DNA of 18,315 nt, from the NCBI GenBank assembly GCA_965644295.1, contig CBFFRP010000359.1, positions 1-18,315 on the forward strand. Reading direction: 5' to 3'. Origin of the DNA: Paraphysomonas bandaiensis. Lineage: Eukaryota > Protista > Chrysophyceae. The notes below the pieces were generated by a model. That model saw only the letters and a list, made by a program, of their open reading frames with translations. It searched no databases and was not told the DNA's origin. The position numbers and the translations under genes are program-made. This document shows positions 10,301-18,315 of the stretch, in pieces. How positions within the stretch are numbered: position 1 is the first letter of the stretch; each line of letters opens with the position of its first letter.

Positions 10301-11141
10301 AGTGTTTCTTTACTCTATGCACAAGAATATGGTCATCACACTCACGCTTTTCTGGTACAGGTGAGTGAGAAATACATCTAACCATGAGTCGGTTTACATA
10401 TGTATGTTATATTTACACGTATTAGTCCCTATTTTTGGGGACATCATCATGTTATTGTATATTGACGTTTACGTAATCGCTCCATGTTGCAGCTACTTAA
10501 CCGCAGTTTCTGGTACTTCCATGTACGAGTCGTGGGTATACTCGGTTTACAACTTCGCCCTGGGCCTGCCAATCATATTCTACGGCATATTCGACAGAGA
10601 TATTCCCCAGTCGTTTGCGCTTCAGTATCCACAGGTCTATAAGACTGGGCTTTCAAACGTCCACTTGAATATTCGAACTGTGAAGACCTGGATACTTAAT
10701 GCTGTGTTTTATGCTGTAGTGTTCTGTCTGCTTTGGTTCAACGTCGTCTATCCCTCGTTCGAGACTTACGGTCTCTATGAGATGGGAACCACAATATACG
10801 TTGGACTGGTGCTTGCACTCCAGCTAAAAGTTGGTTTCATTCATCACCTCTGGAACCAGATCCACTTCTGGTCGATGTTTATATCTCTTGGAGGGCTGTT
10901 CCTCTTTCTCTATATTCTCAATTCAATGACTGACGACAACTACTATTTCTACTTCGTGGCAAACAAAATCTTTTCTCTCAATCTGTTCTGGTTCTTCGGC
11001 GTGTTTAGTGTCCCGCTCTTCTGTGTACTGATAGATGTTATCGGGCATTCGGTATATGTTTTGTTTACCCCAACAGATGAAATGCTGTATCGCGAAGCTG
11101 CTTTTCTGGAGAACGCGTCAAGAGATAAGGTGCCCCTCTAG
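7334..11141 (+). CDS. P4-type ATPase (phospholipid flippase catalytic subunit); 8 exons, about 1100 aa
   Basis: Exons 7334-7451, 7512-7648, 7695-7822, 7870-7960, 8008-8490, 8541-8668, 8792-10360, 10493-11141 (3303 nt, all GT-AG, frame-consistent). Motifs: [25 protein letters not shown] (P4 actuator), FIPISLYVT (TM4), FSDKTGTLT (phospho-Asp), SPDE, KGAD, WMLTGDK, IGDGAND, HGRWNY, C-terminal TM helices. Confidence 0.97.
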
Positions 11142-11618
11142 GGACATGGTTGACAATCAGTTGCATGGCTATGGCTTTGCCCTTGATTTAATTCCAGGTA
11201 CCCGTGCTCGTTATATCTGACGGTGTTTAAGTTTCTCTGGTTACTGTGTATGCTTAGTGATGGTTGTCCTTATAGACCATAGCTTTCTTAATTAGTCTAG
11301 TGAATGTAAGCAATACTTAACATAGCGCAAACTTCAAGGATATGTTGGTTAGAACTCCTATTGAAGGGTCGTGCCGGCTGATCTTAGAGTCTAGTGTTTA
11401 GTGGACAAGACTTTTCACAAATATAGTTACAGACAGAGTTCTTGTTACAGTTGAGATAACATTTGCAATCTCTTTTCTCAAGATACATTGCTTCCGAATA
11501 ACATTTCGTCTAAACTTTCCTGCTTAGATATGACTACTGTTTCTAGTTTCTAGCGTACTAACATCTAACCCCTTTATCATGCCACAAATAAACAAAACAT
11601 TATAGCAGGGCTAGGAAA

Positions 11619-11760
11619 CAATATATTGAATTGCAATACATTGTACAATATATTGCAATATATTGTAAAATATATTGAATGGTCGACCGGCCAAAAATCC
11701 CATCAATATTGTTTCTGTTAAAGTAGCTCACAATATATTGCAATATATTGCAATCAATAT
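11619..11760. repeat. Array of the palindromic 10-mer CAATATATTG
   Basis: Perfect copies at 11619, 11646, 11656, 11731 and 11741; variants at 11634, 11668, 11704 and 11755. Confidence 0.9.
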
Positions 11761-13208
11761 TATGATAGTCATATAAGAGAAGATTCTCAACTCAACATTT
11801 AGAATACTTCCTGCGTTATTACTAGAACTTAACTGGTCCTAAAATCTCTCTATTTCTTCTTAGATCATCTAGAGGCAAAGTAAAATATTGTAACATAGTT
11901 ATATTTAACCACGGGTAATAAGGAGGTTATATCATCACGCGCACAAAATGTTGAAATGGGCGAACAACCCGAGTTTTAAAGTTTAGACAAGGGACGATAA
12001 CCAAATGTCTGAACTGTATAACTATTCTTTGGAGCATACTTACTATATAAAAATATGTATTCCCTGATTTGAAAACAAATGAAAACTCACAATGTTTCAA
12101 ATCAATGGTATATATACTGTAGGCTTAAGGAATACTCAAAACAACAAACCCCAAAAATCTATAATAGCTACAACTGTACTCCTTACACCGAAGCATACTG
12201 AAGAAATAGAAGCTGCGAGGTGTTGACATTTGTGCATAATGTGAAAAGTTGTAGTCGCACGAGGCTTCGTGTTGCCTTTTAATTTGCATTATCATCATTA
12301 TCATATTTCTACACAACTTGATTAACCCCGGCTAGTGCACATGATTTGAATGATATTTGTATGAAATGAGACACACAATTCTGATGAGCACGACGTGTCC
12401 CAAACTCTGAAAAAACTGGGTGCTACTGCTTCTAACCACGTATTCAGCATTAGATATGGCACTTAAACTCTCCTGTAATATTTTTGAAGTTGTTTCGACG
12501 TCCATGTCAAGAACATAGAGCAGTTGAACTGACATCATTATAATCTTCCACATCAGGCGATAGATGGAATACAACTTAGAGTGTTTGATGGACTCATCAT
12601 TGTGGTTTCTCTATAATTGTGTAATATAATGAAATCACATATATATATGACTGTCCTTATCCTAATGAAGATAAAAGTGAGTATTCTTGAAGTTGAATGT
12701 TTATATTGCCCGGTGCTACTATGAGCGTTCTGTAGAGCCCAATTTAGGTAAAAAAAGCTTTTCTTGATACAAAATGGGGATCGTATATACTATATACGCT
12801 TTTGTCGTATTACATCATAGATCATAGACTGATAACGACCCAGTACAGATATGGTGTTTCAGTTTCTAACTATTGATTGCCTATAATGCGATTTATGAGA
12901 ACCACTTTTGTATATCAGTCATTGTAAAATACACGAAGTATTCCATCGTTGTCGATATTCTGTGAGCAGTGTCAATTTACGAGAGCAATCTTCTGTTAAT
13001 TTAAAAATGAACAGCAAATCATGATGCACTAAATCTGCCCAATAATTTTACTGGTGTTCATAAATAGACTTAGTATTATTAGTTGTAAATTTTGACCCAA
13101 TGAATTAGCAATTAGCAGCAAGTATAGCATTCGACGAATAAGCAACGTAGACAGCATCATAAGGTGGTTTATAGCGAAAATAAAATCGTCGATGCGTTTC
13201 AGGCACCT

Positions 13209-13895
13209 TTAAGCCTGGTTACTCTCTGCGCCATCGTTGCTGCTCTTCTCTTTACTGACAGGTGTCAGTAGATGTAATACGAGGATAATTAGGGTAGTCA
13301 GAATGGATACACCCAAGCAGTTGAAGGCTGGCCCATACTCCACGTCATCATCAGCATCAGCAATTTCGTCGAAGCACTCTCCAAACGCTCCCATGGAAAT
13401 AATAATAAACAAAAGCATCAGAGCTGAAATGATTACACCTGCACCTTTTGCAGAATTAGTTTCCCTGGATGTGGTAACACGCAGTGCAGTGACGATGAGA
13501 AGAGGGAAAGTCAGCAACCAGGCCAAACATAGAAATGCAATCGCGTTGTTACCACCCTCTTCACACTCGCTACAGATATCAGTATCACAATCCTTATACT
13601 TATTGTTTCCTCCTGTAGCTTTTCCGTCTTCATCAGCAGTCACAGACATTCGGGTACCATAACATGCCGTGTAATCCTCTCCATTCACACTGTATTCCAG
13701 ATACGCCCAATTACAGGCAATAACAGAATCTTCATCTTCATTTGAAGATCCAGCCAAACCAACACAAAAAAAAATGAATGTAAGGACAGTTAAAAATGTC
13801 CCTAATATCATGAAATAGAATCGTTTGGAGTCAAAGAATGGCATACCAAGCTCTCCAATTTTCTTACAGATTGAATTATTCTCACAGCAATCCAT
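13209..13895 (-). CDS. Four-transmembrane claudin/amastin-like membrane protein, 228 aa, intronless
   Basis: Open ORF with four hydrophobic helices; large first loop with W, YG and several Cys (CNWAY...CYG...DCDTDICSECEEGG); short acidic second loop ending YGPAF; short polar tail. The family call rests on topology only. Confidence 0.85.
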   Translation of the reverse strand: MDCCENNSICKKIGELGMPFFDSKRFYFMILGTFLTVLTFIFFCVGLAGSSNEDEDSVIACNWAYLEYSVNGEDYTACYGTRMSVTADEDGKATGGNNKYKDCDTDICSECEEGGNNAIAFLCLAWLLTFPLLIVTALRVTTSRETNSAKGAGVIISALMLLFIIISMGAFGECFDEIADADDDVEYGPAFNCLGVSILTTLIILVLHLLTPVSKEKSSNDGAESNQA

Positions 13896-14184
13896 TGTTA
13901 TTAATTGAGATATCTCAGTTAGATAGAGTAGAAAATAATAAGAGTTCTTTATTTAATAGAAACTGATGGTGTGATGCAGTTTGATATGCTGGTTAATGCA
14001 AGAGTTTGGTGTGATCATATCAAACATATCGCATACTACACATGCATGTATACACACACATAGGACACATCAGTATATGGATATAGCCAAAAAAAAATAC
14101 GTTAATTAAATTGAATTTTTATATCTTAAACGAATCTTTAATGGTTTCGAGATTTTCATTGACATTTTTCAAGATTTGATTTTC

Positions 14185-14260
14185 AGTATGCTGATGGTGA
14201 GTAAGAATCATGTTTATAATTCTAGTATGCTGATGATGAGTAAGAATCTCGTTTTATATT
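14185..14260. repeat. Two-copy 39-bp tandem repeat
   Basis: AGTATGCTGATGGTGAGTAAGAATC at 14185 and AGTATGCTGATGATGAGTAAGAATC at 14224. Confidence 0.9.
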
Positions 14261-14583
14261 AGTGTACAGCAGTGTACAGGCGTTATTATGGTAGACAGCA
14301 GTGTGGGGTATGAACATGTATATGTATATGTATATGTCAGTGTGAAGGGAATACATTCCCATCCACCCGGCGACAATTATCAGACATATCCATCATTATC
14401 ATACACACTCCCCCTAAACAACTCAACAACTCAAGGTTTCATCTAATAAGTATCTGGAAAGTATCTAAAGTAACCCTGTAAAGATAAGAACAAAAATTCA
14501 TTATCTTCTTAGCTTTATATGTGGAGTGATTTCTTCAGAAACATTTATCTCAGTGCTTAAATTAAGATACACGAACAAAGACA

Positions 14584-15355
14584 ATGAAACGTAGCTGTGT
14601 ATATGAAGAAGGATACACTTACACTAAAAAGCTTCGAAGTGGTAAATGGAGGTATTTATTCTGTATGATATATATAGAAATCATATTTATAATATATTTT
14701 CAGTCCACAGGAAGAGCAATTTGCTCGTAGTGTTATATCTGATTTTGAAAAGGGTGTATTGAAAGATTGTACGAATGGGACCACACTTAGAGCCTATTTG
14801 GCCAGAAAATTGGAATGTTCTCCCATGAGGATCTCAAAAAAATTTGCAGGGACTTCAATTGGGAAGGTTAAAGTTGCGAAATATTTTTTACTTCTTCATC
14901 TTACTTCATGCCTATAGCTCACATACCTTTCGCGCCTCAACAACCCTCTTCCACAAGCTGATCCACAGACCCATCGGAATAGCATGATGTCATCGGATAG
15001 CAAGGTCTCTATTCCGTCAAATCTGTACGCGATATCTTGTCGGGGACCTAGTGGAGTAAATACAGGGAAGTGCAACTACCAGCGTGAGCTTTTTTCTCAT
15101 CCGGAGCTGCAACATGAAAAGAAAGATGATCCAACAACTGCAACTTTGTCCTCTGTTCGCTGGCCCTTCGATTGTCCTACTCTTGACTACTATCGGGAGA
15201 CTCTCCTCCCGTCGCCCTCCTACCAGGAAGAATCTGTTTCCTCGAGCCCTTCTTCTTGGATATTTCAGGCAGCTGGAGTGTTCGAGGACGAATTTGAGCC
15301 ACTATGTTCCTCATATTCATTATCTTCTGTCAGTAGTAATGAATTTGACTACTAG
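14584..15355 (+). CDS. Stramenopile-type Myb/SANT-like putative transcription regulator; 3 exons, about 222 aa
   Basis: Exons 14584-14651, 14704-14866 and 14918-15355 (669 nt; GT-AG introns of 52 and 51 nt). Spliced: MKRSCVYEEGYTYTKKLRSGKWSPQEEQFARSVISDFEKGVLKDCTNGTTLRAYLARKLECSPMRISKKFAGTSIGKLTY..., running in frame into ORF 14984..15355 (Ser/acidic tail). Confidence 0.9.
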
Positions 15356-17508
15356 GTGCGTGGATGAGTTGCTTTGTTTTTGTTCTAACATTGGTGCTAC
15401 TCTTTTTCTGTAGCGGCATGTACGCTACTTGCAGAACCACTTCAGCAGAATTTATTGTGAAATGGAAATTTCATTGAAAATATACTGTATTATGCCGATA
15501 ATGATACATTTTTATTTATTATTAAATTATAGAAAAACAATGAGAGTGATTATTGATTGAGGAAGAGAATGTGATTGTATCAGTGATGATATGTTACCCT
15601 TTGTACTGTTTGCTTCCATTCCTGCTAATCGAAAGAATCTTGTGATGGCGAATAGTACGCATCATGATATATGACTCTGTTATGTGTGAAACTTATATTT
15701 TATTTTCCTTATTGTTACTCTCTTAATGACAGATATGTTATATTTTACTTCATAGGTTTTTACTGATAATAATTCAAATGAGAAGAATATGTGCTTAGAA
15801 TATATACTCTTTAAATCAGTAGATGAAGTGGTACGTTTCGCCCTGTTTCTGTAGTGTAGTGGGAGTTTCTGTAATACAGTTTCTGTAATTAATTCGAGTG
15901 AGAATAACCAATCATTTTTACCTAATTCCCTTTACTCAACAACACCGTTCATGTATCGTGAGTGATAGTACGCAATATGAATGCTTTCAAAAGTGAGTAA
16001 GTATTACTGAGTAAATAGTAAATCTATACCTCGAAGTTTTCACAAAATTTTTACATTTTATGCCTAATTTTGAGGAAGCACCCGCGTTTATTTATCAAGA
16101 AAAGGAGATGCATAACAAGGGTGGGGGTGGTAGGATGAATAGGATTTGTGCGTGCTCTACATCACGAGCAGTTGTGACGGACGTAGGGCAAGCGACTGCG
16201 TATAATCGACTCAAATTATCAGCGTTTTATATGCTGCTTGGCGAATGCACCGGCACGACCTACATGCACGCACCACACTTTCCGAACTGAATATCTCTCC
16301 TACTGTGTTTTATGGTGTATAGTGCACTGTAGTTTTAATGTCAGCAGTGCCTTCATGCCGACATGACAAAAGAGTATAGAACATTTTGGGAATATGAATG
16401 CTGGCACCAGACCATATAAAACATATTGCGTAATATAATAATAGAGCATATACTACTAAGCTGTCCCAATCCCTTCAAATTTCAAACTCAACACCCATCA
16501 ATCCAGCGTCGGTGCTCCCTATATCCTATATCCTATACCAGTCAACCATGAAATTACCCACGTTTTGAATTTAAAATTACTTCATACACAATAAAAATGT
16601 CGCATGAAATTTCGATACACTTAGAAAATACACGGCAGATATTGGTTCAACTGCATATGTAAGTTATGACTACAAACGGATATAGCCTTTCTACGGTTGA
16701 CTTGAACTGAACTATATTTTACTATTCGACGGTAGAGACGAGACCTTTTGGGGTCACAACGGACATATTAGAAGCTATCGATATTGAAACTACAGATATG
16801 AGATATGGTATGCTACAATCCATCCCATCAGATAAAACATATAATTCAATTAGGTTTTGCGCCAATTCCACTCACTTTCGACTGGAGATTCCGGATTAGC
16901 CATCCTATTACTTCTCACCTAATTACACGGGCTTATCGTAACCATTTATGGCATTGAAAAAAATAATTGTTGGTTATAGCAATTTCATGTTCGCCCTCTT
17001 CTACCTGACCAATAACATGCGGGGTTTAAAGTAGCAACGCATAACTCATTCTTCTATTGAGTAGATCTAGAATGGTCTTGACTTCGCCATCCAATTCTCC
17101 CTCAGATGTGCAGAGTTTTTGTAGTTAAGTATTGTGTATATCTGATAGCAGACACGAAATAAGCAAGAAATTTTATTGAAGATTAACACAATCATTACTC
17201 TAGGATACGCCCTCAAAATATGGCGGACATTATACTACAATTCGAAACAGTTAGTATTAACTACTACTACAATGAATACAGCACAGAGAATTTCTTGATT
17301 AATATAATTTATTGAAAATTTGCGCCGTGGTGCCAACATCTAATCAATACGAGGATATCCACTATCATATATATACACAACAGAAAAATAAGTATACGTA
17401 ACCAGTAGCTAGCCTAACAGAGGTAGTGTAGGGCGAATACATGATATCGTAGTATCGATAGCAGGAAAGTTACACGAATCACCAAAATGAAAGAAAGTGG
17501 TTCGGTGA

Positions 17509-17968
17509 TCATGGGTTTTCGTTACTGAAGGACGGAGGAGGCGCATTCCCCTTCCATTTCGGGTGTCTATCACCACCACGCAAGCAAGGTTGATCAGAAT
17601 AATAATACAAAGAAAAACCGCATCTCGGACAGTGTCCTGATGCGGGATCCACCGCACTAGAACTCTCAGCAGTCTTCCACACAATACCTATCCAAAAACA
17701 TGACATGTGAAAGCATAAAGCTGGAGTTACCTGTATTTCCCTTCAAATATCCACTAAATACCATACCCGGAGGTGGATTGTGCTCACTGTAGTTACCTCC
17801 TGGGGCACCTGAAGCATCGAAACCTGCTGCTAATCTCTCTCTCGCTGCAGCACATGCGGATTCAATATAGTTGGGATCTTCATTGTCACAGTTAGATACA
17901 TAGCCAACTGCCACTTGGGCTATGTTGATTTCAGATTCTTGGTTACCTTCTTTAACCTTCTCAGCCAT
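17509..17968 (-). CDS. Hypothetical protein of about 138 aa with C-terminal CxxC...C...H motif; 2 exons
   Basis: Exon 1 is 17968-17731, then a 43-nt intron 17730-17688 (GTAACT...GGATAG), then exon 2 17687-17509. This joins ORF 17666..17968 to ORF 17509..17706 in frame as YLKGNT-G-IVWKTAE...HCPRCGFSLYYYSDQPCLRGGDRH. Confidence 0.7.
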
Positions 17969-17984
17969 ACTATACTTTCAAAGA

Positions 17985-18074
17985 TATCCATGTATCCATG
18001 TATCCATGTGTATGTATGTATGTATGAATGTATGTATGTATGTATGTATGTATGTATGTATGTATGTATGTAGG

Positions 18075-18105
<31 letters not shown>

Positions 18106-18282
18106 GTATTTATGTTTTTATTTATGTATGTATGTATGTATGTATGTATGTATGTATGTATGTATGTATGTATGTATGTATGTATGTATGTATGTATGTA
18201 TGTATGTATGTATGTATGTATGTATGTATGTATGTATGTATGTATGTATGTATGTATGTATGTATGTATGTATGTATGTATG
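17985..18282. repeat. (TATCCATG)3 followed by a long (TATG)n microsatellite with a few interruptions
   Basis: TATCCATG x3 at 17985-18008; TATG array at 18011-18282; explains all the MYVC/IHTY ORFs. Confidence 0.99.
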
Positions 18283-18315
18283 CATGAGCAATACGTAACT
18301 GAACCATGCATATAT

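Noticed and set aside
11619-11760. CRISPR-like array
   Set aside because: 10-bp units without regular unique spacers, a eukaryotic context, and no cas genes.
12381-12412. CTGATGAG followed by a short stem, resembling a hammerhead ribozyme core
   Set aside because: No GAAA directly after stem II, and no stems I/III.
12332-12600. hAT transposase relic (DRWNTT, resembling TRWNST)
   Set aside because: A single short motif among many stops, with no other transposase motifs.
16070-16290. RNase P/MRP RNA, suggested by GGAAAGTGTGG on the minus strand; also ORF 16060..16290
   Set aside because: No CR-IV/CR-V or P4 partner was found; the ORF is short and has no recognisable features.
17922-18311. 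MYVC/IHTY repeat ORFs, and the first 49 aa of ORF 6..491
   Set aside because: Translations of the TATG microsatellite, which has no stop codon in any frame.

Overview
Eukaryotic, AT-rich nuclear DNA with very short GT-AG introns (mostly 43-60 nt). It is most likely from a stramenopile, inferred from an RxGKW...GTTLR...PMRISKKF Myb-like gene. (TATG)n microsatellites bound both ends. Five protein genes can be rebuilt by splicing: a type II membrane beta-propeller-like protein (153-1373), an 8-exon P4-type ATPase lipid flippase (7334-11141), a four-TM claudin/amastin-like protein (13209-13895, -), a Myb-like regulator (14584-15355) and a small Cys/His protein (17509-17968, -). The main element missing from the ORF track is a ~560-bp ncRNA cluster. 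It holds an intron-containing tRNA-His(GTG), a convergent tRNA-Leu(CAG), and a divergent U3 snoRNA with non-canonical boxes lying head-to-head with the tRNA-Leu. Intergenic DNA holds a Ty1/copia RNase H relic, a 247-bp foldback/MITE-like element, a palindrome array, short duplications and an unassigned multi-helix segment. All calls were made by eye; no searches were run.
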